A stretch of 64,000 bases of DNA from NCBI GenBank assembly GCA_964016885.1, contig OZ024766.1:18228001-18292000 (forward strand), in the 5' to 3' direction. Shown here piece by piece: positions 1 to 13,045 of this stretch. The stretch comes from Eledone cirrhosa (taxonomy: Eukaryota). The position numbers and the translations under genes were made by a program. The notes beneath the pieces are model-generated. The model saw only the letters and a program-made list of their open reading frames with translations. It was not told the origin of the DNA and made no database searches. Each line of letters opens with the position of its first letter. Position 1 is the stretch's first letter.

Positions 1-335
1 CTGTCAACGATAAAGCAGTGGTTATTAGGGTTACTGTTGGTTTCTACTAGGGTGCAGGCTGTTTTATATAACTTTGACAAACAACAACAATAAAGCCCCT
101 TGACTGGTTTTGGTCGGTTTTGTAAAAATTAATCTGTAGGTGAGATAGTTTTATGGTCTAACTCCCTTTTTCTTCTGGTTTACTTTACCATAAACGGGAA
201 TTTCGCTGTCAACAAAAAATAGTGGTTGGGGTTACGGCTACTGTCGGTTTCCACCAGGGTGCAGGCTGTTTTATTGTTTTATAACTTTAGCAAAGAACAA
301 TAAAACCCCTTCACTGGTTTTGGTTGGTTTAGTAA
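1..335. repeat. Diverged ~205-bp tandem duplication
   Basis: CTGTCAAC...AGTGGTT...AGGGTGCAGGCTGTTTTAT...ACTGGTTTTGGT occurs at 1-120 and again at 206-330. Confidence 0.75.
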
Positions 336-424
336 CAATCAAAGACTCACAACCTCTTCAACTCTATTCACCATTCAACAGAACCTGGTTTCCTTAGAAG
401 GGCTAAAGGTAAAGTGGTGGGTTA

Positions 425-980
425 TTATTTGTGCAGTTTTTTGGAGCAGTTTAAGTTCAGCTTTGGCCCAGTTTTAATGCAGTTTTTAGTCAAACGTTGG
501 TGCAGTTTTAGTGCAATGTTGATGCAGTTTTAGTCCAGTTTTAATGCAGATTTTTTGAGCAGTTTAAGTTCAACTTCAGTGCAATTTTAGTGCGGTGTTG
601 GTGCAGTTTTTCATGTACTCTTTATGCAGATTTTAAATGTAGTTTTTGGTGAAGGTTTTATGAAGTTTTTGTGTGTGTGTGTGGGGGTGAAATTTCAATG
701 AAGCTTTGATGTAGTTTTTTATGTAGTTTTTGATGCAGTTCTGTTGTGTGATTTAATGCAGTTTTGATGCAGTTTTTTAAAATGTAGTTTTAATGTAGCC
801 TTGATGCAGTTTTTATATAAATTTTGGTGCAGTTTGTGATGTGATTTTGATGTAACAGTGATGCTGTTTTTAATGCAGTTTTTATATAGAGTTGATGTAG
901 GTTTTGGTGCAGTTTTCAATGCAGTTTTTACGCAGTTTTTATATAGATTTGATGTATGTTTTGATGCAGTTTTTTGGTGT
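425..980. repeat. Degenerate minisatellite built on (TGA)TGCAGTTTT
   Basis: Many imperfect TGCAGTTTT/TGTAGTTTT copies. Confidence 0.8.
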
Positions 981-1104
981 TGTGGTTAAGAAACAATAAA
1001 GATGCTGTTTTCAGGAGCACTTACTATTCAGCAGCTGCAATGCTTGTTTTGCACTAATGACTTGAGGGCACTTGACAGCACTTGAGGGCACTTGGCTTTC
1101 GTTT

Positions 1105-1795
1105 GTAGGGACCACAGATCTGGGAGGCTCACAGTTTTTCTTCTGGTATCACAGATTTGGTGGGATCACAGATTTGTAGGGCTCACAGATTTGCAGGGAT
1201 CACAGGGTTTTCTGGAGGGATCACAGGGTTTTGAAGCCTTCAAGTTTTTCTTCTGGTATCACAGATTTTGTGGGATCACAGATTTGTAGGGCTCATAGAT
1301 TTGCAGGGATCACAGGGTTTTCTGGAGGGATCACAGATCTGGGAGGCTCACAGTTTTTCTTCTGGTATCACAGATTTGGTGGGATCACAGATTTGTAGGG
1401 CTCATAGATTTGCAGGGATCACAGATCTGGGAGGCTCACAGTTTTTCTTCTGGTATCACAGATTTGGTGGGATCACAGATTTGTAGGGCTCACAGATTTG
1501 CAGGGATCACAGGGTTTTCTGGAGGGATCACAGATCTGGGAGGCTCACAGTCTTTCTTCTGGTATCACAGATTTGTAGGGCTCACAAGGTTTTCTGGGGG
1601 GATCACAGATCTGGGAGGCTCACAGTCTTTCTTCTGGTATCACAGATTTGGTGGGATCACAGATTTGTAGGGCTCACAGGGTTTTCCGGAGGGATCACAG
1701 ATCTGGGAGGCTCACAGTCTTTCTTCTGGTATCACAGATTTGTAGGGATCACAGGTCTGCAGAGATCACAGATTTTGCGGGATCACAGGGTTTTC
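1105..1795. repeat. ~17-20-bp minisatellite (GGGATCACAGATTTGTA variants) with higher-order blocks
   Basis: TCACAG core recurs about every 17-20 bp, and variant units recur in a fixed order. Confidence 0.9.
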
Positions 1796-2198
1796 TGCTG
1801 GCGACGCAAAAAAAAACCAGATGACAGGGTGGAGAGGGAGGGGAGGGGGTCCCTGTTGATTTCTCCTGGGGTCACGGCAGGAAACTACGACAACCAAGGA
1901 GTCAAATAATTTGTAGTGATGGGGATGGGGGTGGGGTGGGGATGGGGTGAGGTGGGCAACGGGATAATGTGGGGATGGAGAGAGAGAGAGAGAGAGGGGA
2001 AAGTCCTCGAAATGGTAATCTGCAACCTTCGAAATAATTGTCAGCCTTCAGCACTTCTCCACTTTCAGAGGTGTCAGCTGAAACAACAATATATATACAT
2101 ATATATATGTATATATATATATACATATATATATGTATATATATATATACAAACATCAACATATCATTATTATGCGCATAATAATATATACATATATA

Positions 2199-2229
<31 letters not shown>

Positions 2230-2315
2230 GTATATATATATATATATATACATATATATATGTATATATATATATATATATACATATATATATGTATATA
2301 TATATATATATATAC

Positions 2316-2346
<31 letters not shown>

Positions 2347-2437
2347 TATATACATATATATATGTATATATACATATATACATATATATATGTATATATA
2401 TATATACATATATATATGTATATATATATATATATAT

Positions 2438-2483
<46 letters not shown>

Positions 2484-2533
2484 ATATACATATATATATG
2501 TATATATATATATATACATATATATATATACAC

Positions 2534-2568
<35 letters not shown>

Positions 2569-2659
2569 TATATATATATGTATATATACATACATACATA
2601 TATGTATATGTATTTATATATATATATAGAGAGAGAGAGACAGTGAGAGAGGCAAAGAG

Positions 2660-2693
<34 letters not shown>

Positions 2694-2865
2694 GCAAATA
2701 GAGGGAGAGAGAGACAGGCAGATAGATAGATAAGAAAGAAATAAGGCAGTTGTATCTACCTTAAGGTTACCTTCTTGTATTCATTATATTGGAGTAATTT
2801 TACTGAGACACTTCTATAAAACATATCTGTAAAAAAGTGTAACAGGATACATACATACATATATA

Positions 2866-3140
2866 TCATCATCATCATTTTACGTCTGCTTTTCCCTGCT
2901 TGCAAGGGTGGGACGGGAACTGATGCTGGCTTGATTTCTACAGCTGGATGCCCTTCCTAACACCAACCTCATTTACAGTGAGTGCTGGGTGCTTTTTTGC
3001 CGTGGCACCTCCACAACCACTCTACAGTGGAATGATAGGGACCCCAGTCCCTATCATCTCATTTCTACAGCTGAGTAAACTGGAGCAATGTGAAATAAAG
3101 TGTCTTGCTCAAGGAAACAACACATCACCCGGTCTGAGAA
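2866..3140 (-). mobile_element. 5'-truncated CORE-type SINE, same family as 57947 and 62978
   Basis: Reverse complement matches 63037-63410: CORE-like segment, hairpin, one internal ~49-bp unit, AGGAAGGGCATCCAGC block and (GAT)n tail. Confidence 0.9.
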
Positions 3141-3157
3141 GCGTTCTCTCTCTCTAT

Positions 3158-3452
3158 TTATGGCGGGTAAAATTCCCGAGATCCATGGACGAGTTCTCTC
3201 CAGCGGTCTCTGTCCCTCATTATCGCTGCTATGTCCTGCGTCTCCAACAGACCAGTGTCTGTCCTTAGGGCATCAACATACGTTAACCTCGGTCTCCCTC
3301 TTCCAGTGTGACCATGTAGGGGCTCCCACAGGAGCACTGAGTGCAGTGTCAACTCTGGATGTCGGTGAGCATGTCCAGCTAACCTCAGTCTCCCTCTTTC
3401 AGTGTGTCCATGTAGGGGCTCCCAAAGGAGCACTGAGTGCAGTGTCAACTCC
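3158..3452 (-). mobile_element. RTE-like LINE 3' fragment with internal 96-bp duplication
   Basis: Translates to RLRLAGHAHRHPELTLHSVLLWEPLHGHTGRGRPRLTYVD...RDRDRWR, the typical C-terminus of RTE-type ORFs; near-identical to 37363-38050. Confidence 0.8.
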
Positions 3453-3577
3453 CGTCTAACCCATACTAGCATGGAAGATGGACATTAAACGATGATGATG
3501 ATATACACGCACACACACACATATATATAACATATATATATATATATACATATACACACACATATTTATATATACAT

Positions 3578-3608
<31 letters not shown>

Positions 3609-3755
3609 CATACACATACACACACACACACATATATATACACATACATATAAATACATATTTATATATACATACATATATATACATAGATACACATACA
3701 TATCTACACATATACACATACATACATATCTATCTACACATAAATGTATATATAT

Positions 3756-3786
<31 letters not shown>

Positions 3787-3834
3787 CATATACACAAACA
3801 TATATATATGTACATACATATACATACACACACA

Positions 3835-3871
<37 letters not shown>

Positions 3872-5236
3872 CATACATATACATACACACCCACATATAT
3901 ATATTGACACACACACACACATATATACACATACATATAAATATATATACATATTTATATATACATACATATATATTCATAGATACACATACATACATAT
4001 CTACACATATATACACATACATACATATCTATCTACACATAAATGTATACACACACACATATATATATATATATATACACATATATCTACACATACATAT
4101 ATATACATACATATATCTACACATACATATATATACATACATATATATCATTTATTTCCTCACTATACCTTCCAAATCTCTTATATTTACATTTAACATT
4201 AAAAAGAAAACGATCAAAAAACTTTATACACCAAACAAACGAAAATATTACCCCAAAAATTATATTTTTATATTTTTCTCCATTAAAAATTCATTTTTTC
4301 ACAAAATATTTCAACAAAAATTGTTGTAAAATACCTGAATAAAATTATTTAGGGAAATATTTTTTGAATAAAAACCATTTTCCAGTGGTTTTCCTCTCAT
4401 ATTTCACCAAAGGTTCCGTTGTCTTTCTACAACAACAACAACAGAATATCTGCCATCTTGGATCTACAGACAGCGTTATATATACACGTGCTGCAGTGTA
4501 TATATATATATACACTGCAGCACGTGTATATATAACGCAGTCTGAGATATGTTTGTGTATATATACACATATATTTACGTGTGTTTGAGTGTGCGTATAT
4601 ATATATATATATATAAATATTTGTGTGTGTATATACACACAGATGAATTTGGGTGTATATATATACACATTTATGTGTGTATGTATACACACATAAATAT
4701 GTGTGTATATACACATTTATGTGTATACATATATACACATATTTACGTGTTTGCGTGTGTATATATATATATATATAGATAGATATTTATTTATTTATAT
4801 ACACACATATTTAAGTGTGTATATACACATATATGTGTGTATGTAAATACACATTTACGTGTTTGTGTATATATATATATAAATATATACACACACATAT
4901 TTACATGTTTGTGCGTATATATAGGTAAATATTTATTTATATATACACACATATTTATGTGTGTGTTTGTGAATATATATATATACATATATTTACGTGT
5001 GTATATATTTTTTATACGTATATTTGTGTGTAGTGTATATATACATATTTATTTATTTATTCATATTTATATATGGGTCTGTGTGTACGTTTGTTTATAT
5101 ATAAATCTTTTGTCGGCTGATAGACGGCGTTATACACACTTGTGTGTGTATATGTATATATATATATATATATATTGGAATATTATATATTATAGAATAC
5201 TGTTGGCTTTTCGCTACAATGTTTTCTATACCTTTC

Positions 5237-5276
<40 letters not shown>

Positions 5277-5538
5277 ACGTTGCTAAGCAAACGAACAACG
5301 AGGTACTTTTTGGACTGACGTAAAATGGTTGTCGTATTCGTTTCGAATATATATATATATAAGGAGACAGAAATGGCTGAAAAGTTGCTATTTAAGGTAG
5401 CTTAAAATGGAGCGGGGGTAAGAAGAAAGCATGAACTGGGGGCGGGAGGGTTTTCCTCATCAGTTGTCTACTGGGGTCTCGGTTATTTCTACGCTTTAAA
5501 GACAAGATATCTACCGCCCACAGCTTCAATAACTGGGT

Positions 5539-5770
5539 ACCGAGCAATGTGCGAGCAACTTAAGGTAAGAAAATCCAAGACCACACGATGAGAGAACTTA
5601 AGTTCAAGATTGTGTGGGCGAGAGAAAAGACACGTCTGACCCCAGCAGTTGTATGTGAGAAAAGGACTGCTAGAGGGTCAGGCGAGGGGAAACAACGAGG
5701 CACCTGTCAGAGAGAGGATGAGTTAAAGTCTTGTATTTTCTTACCTTAAGTTGCTCACACATTGCTCGGT
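5539..5770. mobile_element. MITE-like element with 43-bp inverted termini
   Basis: 5539-5581 is the reverse complement of 5728-5770 with 2 mismatches; non-coding interior; no clear TSD. Confidence 0.6.
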
Positions 5771-5814
5771 TTGTTGTTGTTTTTTCACTGTTTTCTCTTT
5801 TCTTCCCTTTTGTT

Positions 5815-5946
5815 TTCCAGCCGTAGAAAACCCGCCAGCAGTCCTATGCGAGCAAGACAACCACTCTTGCCCCAAGTGGAAAAACTCCCGTTCAAACCCA
5901 TATAAGCGTGGAATATGGACGTTAAACGACGATGATGATGATGATA
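5815..5946 (+). mobile_element. SINE 3' fragment with (GAT)n tail
   Basis: Matches 34122-34252 (CCAGCCGTAGAAAACCCGCCAG...GGACGTTAAACGACGATGATG). Confidence 0.85.
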
Positions 5947-5961
5947 AATATATATATAATA

Positions 5962-6115
5962 TAGTAATAATAATAAATTTGAAGACTAAAATCCAAAGAG
6001 GGCTCGATAAGGATAAATATATATCAAATATATAAGAACCGTAGAGCAAATATTTATTAAAATAACAGATTAAAGTTTAAGCAAAGAATCGCTGCTTTCA
6101 TCCTTAACGGGATCC
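5962..6115 (-). mobile_element. Dispersed repeat family A fragment (carries the 3' part of the variant hammerhead)
   Basis: Near-identical to 20670-20828; other pieces at 26345, 35137, 54055, 54753 and 63413. Confidence 0.8.
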
Positions 6116-6185
6116 CATCCCACTCCCCACCCTCTCCTACCACCTGAAAAAATATAAATACCACAACATTTATTTTTGGAAAGCC

Positions 6186-6236
6186 AGATTCCTGATGATT
6201 TCTAAAGAATGAAACAGTTCTAGTCCTGTAGAATCT
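6186..6236 (+). ncRNA. Type I hammerhead ribozyme, canonical core
   Basis: AGATTC-CTGATGA-TTTC TAAA GAAT-GAAA-CAG TTCTAGTC CTG-TA-GAATCT: 6-bp stem I, 3-bp stem II closed by U.U, 4-bp stem III, GUA triplet. Confidence 0.85.
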
Positions 6237-6316
6237 CATATATATTAAAACTTTTATACTCTGCTATGTATTGAGTACCTTACTTACTGTGGTTACCTCT
6301 GATTCAACCCGGAATA

Positions 6317-6369
<53 letters not shown>

Positions 6370-6546
6370 GTATATATATAAGACAGCGAAATAAAAAATG
6401 AACAAGAAAATTGAGGTGGAAACGAATTTTAATGACATTAGTTGTGTGTACAAGATACATACATACACACACACATATATATATATATATATACGTATAT
6501 ATATATATATACTGTATATAGAACGGTGTTCTATAAAGGCCATTAA

Positions 6547-6595
<49 letters not shown>

Positions 6596-6855
6596 CATGT
6601 CTATATATATATATGTATATATATTTATATATATATATACATGTATATATATATACATGTATATATATTTATATATATATATACATGTATATATATATAC
6701 ATGTATATATATTTATATATATATATACATGTATATATATATACATGTATATATATTTATATATATATATACATGTATATATATATATATACATGTATAT
6801 ATATTTATATATATATATACATGTATATATATATACATGTATATATATTTATATG

Positions 6856-6888
<33 letters not shown>

Positions 6889-6899
6889 GTATTTATATG

Positions 6900-6933
<34 letters not shown>

Positions 6934-6945
6934 TGTATATATATT

Positions 6946-7020
<75 letters not shown>

Positions 7021-7021
7021 T

Positions 7022-7076
<55 letters not shown>

Positions 7077-7199
7077 ACATGTATATATATATATGTATAC
7101 ATATTTATGTATGTATATATACATAAAATGCCAAGCGTCACATTATAGATGTAAATAATTAAATTTTTCAACATACATATGTGCATAATCTATTTTATA

Positions 7200-7246
<47 letters not shown>

Positions 7247-7420
7247 ATATATATGTGTATATATATATGTATATGTGTATATATGTGTATATATATATGT
7301 ATGTGTATATATATATATATATGTATGTATATATGTATATATATATACATGTATGTTTATAGAGACAAACACGCATTTATAAATACACACTTATTTAAAT
7401 AAATATATATATATATATAT

Positions 7421-7455
<35 letters not shown>

Positions 7456-7706
7456 TACATATATATGTGTATATATATACATACATACACATATATATAT
7501 ATATATATATACACATGAAGTGTAAAGTGATTCATCAGCATTATTTAGCATAAAAAAAATGTAGAGAGAGATACATTAGCATAATATATGCAAAGAGATA
7601 AATTAACATAATATATGCAAAGAGTTACATTATCATAATATATGTGTGTATATATATATATATATACACATGTATATATATATATATATATTTATATATA
7701 TGTATG

Positions 7707-7738
<32 letters not shown>

Positions 7739-7846
7739 CATATATACACATGTATATATATATATATTTATATGTATGTATAGATATATATATATATATA
7801 TCTAGGCAGAAGCAATTTCAGATCATGCGTGTGTGTGTGTGTATTT

Positions 7847-7894
<48 letters not shown>

Positions 7895-7969
7895 ATATAT
7901 ATGTGTGTGTATGTAATAAACATATTTATTGCATAGACAACAAACTCAACAGCAATTATTGTGATATTA

Positions 7970-8450
7970 TGGTGTAGTGTAGTGTAGTGTAGTGTAATGT
8001 GGTGTAGTGTAGTGTAATGTGGTGTAGTGTAGTGTAGTGTAGTGTAGTGTAATGTAATGTAATGTATTGTACTGTAATATAGTGTAGTGTAGTGTAGTGT
8101 AGTGTAGTGTAGTGTACTGTACTGTAATGTAGTGTAGTGTAGTGTAATGTATTGCAGTGTAGTGTAGTGTAGTGTAATGTATTGTACTGTAATGTAGTGT
8201 AGTGTAATGTAGTGTAGTATAGTATAGTATAGTGTAGTGTAGTGTAATGTAATGTAATGTAATGTAATGTAGTGTAGTGTAGTGTAGTGTAGTGTAGTGT
8301 AGTGTAATGTATTGTATTGTAGTGTAGTGTATTGCATTGTAGTGCAGTGTAGTGTAGTGTAGTGTATTATATTGTAGTGTAGTGTATTGTAGTGTAATGT
8401 ATTATATCGTAGTGTATTATATCGTAGTGTAGTGTAGTGTAGTGTATTAC
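7970..8450. repeat. (GTAGT/GTAAT)n pentanucleotide microsatellite
   Basis: Directly visible; same family at 18390-19400, 50805-51730 (reverse) and 60245-60365. Confidence 0.95.
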
Positions 8451-9357
8451 ATCAATGCTAAAGCCACAGCACGGCAACAAGTCTTTTAAATAACCACGCC
8501 GCCAAAGTTCCAGTTGAAGTTAAAACTCCTCCCTCCATCCCTTTCTCAGTCTCTCTCTCTCTCATGGTTGGTTGATGAGCTGATGTTGGCTGTTGGTGGG
8601 CGTGGTCAGGATGTTGTAGTGGGCGTGGCAAGTGGGTCAAGTCAAGTTGGTGACTTTGGGGGCGTTGTTTGCCTGATTAATTGGCAGAGTTTCATTGGTC
8701 AGTCAGATGGCGGTGGGTCTAGCAGTTAGAATGGGCGTCGCAAGTAAGTAAATAAATGAATAAATTTGATTCTTAGTTTGATTAGCAGGCATGTAACCCC
8801 TCCTACCGAGGGGGGCGTGGTCAAAGTATTTTAACGGACGTTGTCAAAGAAGTTTCCAGGGGGGGTGTGGCCAGATAATAATTTTACTTGGTTGCTTAGT
8901 TTTGATTAATAAGCAAGGCCCCTCCCCGCACCACCAATGGTGGTGCGGGGTCAGGAGAGAGTATGATGAAGAGAGGGGGGGGCATGATCAGGTGAAGGCG
9001 TGGTCATGGAGTTTAGGGGTAGGTAGGTAGGTAGGTGGTGGCCCTTAAAGAGAGAGAGAGACTGAGTTTGGGCTGGAGTGGAGTGTGAAGTGGAATGGTG
9101 GAAGGGTTAATGGTGACCCACAACCAACCTATATTTAACTCCCCCCCCCCCCGTCAGACGGGAGGGGGGAGGGGCCTTTAAAAGAAAAGCAACTTAATTT
9201 ATTTAAAATCTTATTTTTGTTAAATCTCTAACCCCAGCTCCCTGATTTCACCTTTTGACCCCTAAACTGTTCCCTTTTGTGTGTGGCAACTCCCACCTAT
9301 GTAGGTTTAGCTGGCCTCCTCCTAGGTATATCTCGTTGGAGGTGTCTTGGGTAATTT

Positions 9358-11270
9358 AATGATAGGGACCCCAGTCCCTATCATCTCATTTCTACAGCTG
9401 AGTGAACTGGAGCAATGTGAAATGAAGTGTCTTGCTCAAGGAAACAACACATCACCCGGTCTGTGAATTGAACTCACAACCTTTAGATTGCAAGCCCAAT
9501 GCTCTAACCACTAAGCCATGTGCCTCCACATATATATGTATATATATATGGAATGATAGGGACCTCAGTCCCTATCATCTCATTTCTACAGCTGAGTAAA
9601 CTGGAGCAATGTGAAATAAAGTGTCTTGCTCAAGGAAACAACACATCACCCGGTCTGAGAATTGAACTCACAACCTTTAGGTTGCAAGGCCACAATCTAA
9701 CCACTAAGCCATGCGCCTCCACATATATATGTATATATATATGGAATGATAGGGACCTCAGTCCCTATCATCTCATTTCTACAGCTGAGTAAACTGGAGC
9801 AATGTGAAATGAAGTGTCTTGCTCAAGGAAACAACACATCACCCGGTCTGAGAATTGAACTCACAACCTTTAGGTTGCAAGCCCAATGCTCTAACCACTA
9901 AGCCATGTGCCTCCACATATATATGTATATATATATGGAATGATAGGGACCCCAGTCCCTATCATCTCATTTCTACAGCTGAGTAAACTGGAGCAATGTG
10001 AAATAAAGTGTCTTGCTCAAGGAAACAACACATCACCCGGTCTGAGAATTGAACTCACAACCTTTCGATTGCAAGGCCAATGCTCTAACCTCTAAGCCAT
10101 GTGTCTCCACATATATATGTATATATATATGGAATGATAGGGACCCCAGTCCCTATCATCTCATTTCTACAGCTGAGTAAACTGGAGCAATGTGAAATAA
10201 AGTGTCTTGCTCAAGGAAACAACACATCACCCGGTCTGAGAATTGAACTCACAACCTTTAGGTTGCAAGGCCACAATCTAACCACTAAGCCATGCGCCTC
10301 CACATATATATGTATATATATATGGAATGATAGGGACCTCAGTCCCTATCATCTCATTTCTACAGCTGAGTAAACTGGAGCAATGTGAAATGAAGTGTCT
10401 TGCTCAAGGAAACAACACATCACCCGGTCTGAGAATTGAACTCACAACCTTTAGGTTGCAAGCCCAATGCTCTAACCACTAAGCCATGTGCCTCCACATA
10501 TATATGTATATATATATGGAATGATAGGGACCCCAGTCCCTATCATCTCATTTCTACAGCTGAGTAAACTGGAGCAATGTGAAATAAAGTGTCTTGCTCA
10601 AGGAAACAACACATCACCCGGTCTGAGAATTGAACTCACAACCTTTCGATTGCAAGGCCAATGCTCTAACCTCTAAGCCATGTGTCTCCACATATATATG
10701 TATATATATATGGAATGATAGGGACCCCAGTCCCTATCATCTCATTTCTACAGCTGAGTGAACTGGAGCAATGTGAAATAAAGTGTCTTGCTCAAGGAAA
10801 CAACACATCACCCGGTCTGAGAATTGAACTCACAACCTTTCGATTGCAAGGCCACAATCTAACCACTAAGCCATGCGCCTCCACATATATATGTATATAT
10901 ATATGGAATGATAGGGACCCCAGTCCCTATCATCTCATTTCTACAGCTGAGTGAACTGGAGCAATGTGAAATAAAGTGTCTTGCTCAAGGAAACAACACA
11001 TCACCCGGTCTGTGAATTGAACTCACAACATTTCGATTGCAAGCCCAATGCTCTAACCACTAAGCCATGTGCCTCCACATATATATGTATATATATATGG
11101 AATGATAGGGACCCCAGTCCCTATCATCACATTTCTACAGCTGAGTAAACTGGAGCAATGTGAAATAAAGTGTCTTGCTCAAGGAAACAACACATCACCC
11201 GGTCTAAGAATTGAACTCACAACCTTTCGATTGCAAGCCCAATGCTCTAACCTCTAAGCCATGTGCCTCC
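9358..11270 (-). repeat. Tandem array of 10 x ~194-bp SINE 5' modules (tRNA-like head + CORE-like domain + hairpin)
   Basis: Each unit is the reverse complement of 57947-58117; A-box TGGCTTAG(T/A)GG and B-box GAGTTCAATTC retained; 581-bp three-unit higher-order period. Confidence 0.92.
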
Positions 11271-11529
11271 ACTTTTGATTCTGTTTGATTTCGTGTTTGT
11301 GTGTGTGTGTGTGTGGGGGTGGGTGGATGGGTTCTAATACAGAGCAGGGGGCTGGGCAGTGGCTGGAATATGGAAATCTTTGACTGCGACCTCCGACCCT
11401 GTATTTTCCTGTTTGTTGTTAAATTTGGTTTTTCATGTGTTTGTGTGTGTGTGTGTGGGTGGTTGGGGGTTGGGGTAAAATATTTATCTCGCCCCTGCTC
11501 CCCCCTAAAAATAAATTTATTTTGTGTGT

Positions 11530-12050
11530 TGTGTTGTGTTAAATCATTGACCATGTCCCTTGAACTAGTTTGACCTCTGACCTAACCCCCCCCCCCCAAA
11601 TAAACGGATCCTTTGGGGGAAAAGAGGCAGAAATTTTTTTGCGTTATGTTGTGTTAAATCTTTGACCATGTCCCTTGGACTAGTCTGACCTCTGACCCCC
11701 CGACCTCATGATCTTTGACCTCTGACCTAACCCCCCACCCCACCCCCCAAATAAATGGAGCCTTTTGGGGAAAAGAGGCAGAAATTTTTTTGCGTTATGT
11801 TGTGTTAAATCTTTGACCATGTCCCTTGGACTAGTTTGACCTCTGACCCCCCGACCTCATGATCTTTGACCTCTGACCTAACAGCCCCCCACACCCCCAA
11901 ATAAATGGAGCCTTTGGGGAAAAGAGGCAGAAATGTTTGTGTTATTCCGTGTGTTGTGTTGTTTTGTTAAATCTTTGACCACGACCCTCGGACTAATTTG
12001 ACCTCCGAACTGACCTCTGACCTCCGAACTTTGACCTCTGACCTCTGGAC
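11530..12050. repeat. ~120-150-bp tandem repeat rich in TGACCTCTGACC
   Basis: About 3.5 copies of GTTAAATCTTTGACCATGTCCCTTGGACTAG...GGGGAAAAGAGGCAGAAA. Confidence 0.85.
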
Positions 12051-12169
12051 ATTTTTTCTTCTTTTGTTTTTTGATATATATAATTTTTTTTTTTTTTCAA
12101 AATAATATTTTTTTTCTCATTGTTTTTTTTTTTTTCTTTTTTGTTTCGAATTTAAAATTAAATATTTAT

Positions 12170-12995
12170 TTCTTCTTTCTCTTCTTCCTCGTCATCTCGT
12201 TAGACATTTTTTTTTTCTTTTTAGGGGGAAATTTAAAATTTTAAATTAATTATCTCTTCTTCCTCGTTATCTCGTTAGACTTTTGTTTTTGGTGGGGAAA
12301 ATTTAAAATTTTAAATTAATTATCTCTTCATCCTCGTTATCTCGTTAGACATTTTTTTTTTCTTTTTAGGGGGAAATTTAAAATTTTAAATTAATTATCT
12401 CTTCTTCCTCGTTAGACATTTTTTTTTTCTTTTTAGGGGGAAATTTAAAATTTAAAATTAATTATCTCTTCTTCCTCGTTAGATATTTTTTCTTTCTTTT
12501 CGGGGGGAAATTTAAAATTTTAAATTAATTATCTCTTCTTCCTCGTTATCTCGTTAGACATTTTTTTTTTTGGTGGGGGAAATTTAAAATTTTAAATTAA
12601 TTATCTCTTCTTCCTCGTCATCTCGTTAGACATTTTTTTTTCTTTTTAGGGGGAAATTTAAAATTTTAAATTAATTATCTCTTCTTCCTCGTTAGATCTT
12701 TTTTATTTCTTTTTTGGGGGAAATTTAAAATTTTAAATTAATTATCTCTTCTTCCTCGTTATCTCGTTAGACATTTTTTTTTTTGGTGGGGGAAATTTAA
12801 AATTTTAAATTAATTATCTCTTCTTCCTCGTCATCTCGTTAGATATTTTCTTTTTCTTTTTGGGGGGAAATTTAAAATTTTAAATTATCTCTTCTTCCTC
12901 GTTAGACATTTTTTTTTTTTGGTGGGAGAAATTTAAAATTTAAAATTAATTATCTTTTCTTTCTCTCCTTCTTCCTTCCTTCGTTATCTCGTTAG
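12170..12995. repeat. ~62-70-bp AT-rich minisatellite, ~12 copies
   Basis: GGGGAAATTTAAAATTTTAAATTAATTATCTCTTCTTCCTCGTT(ATCTCGTT)AGAC repeated. Confidence 0.92.
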
Positions 12996-13045
12996 CTTAC
13001 CTATGTCAACTGCAAAGTGTGGGGAGGGGCAAAACAACACCCTTC

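Noticed and set aside
9358-11270. tRNA gene cluster
   Set aside because: Only A/B boxes and a tRNA-like head without a closing acceptor stem; continues into SINE body sequence.
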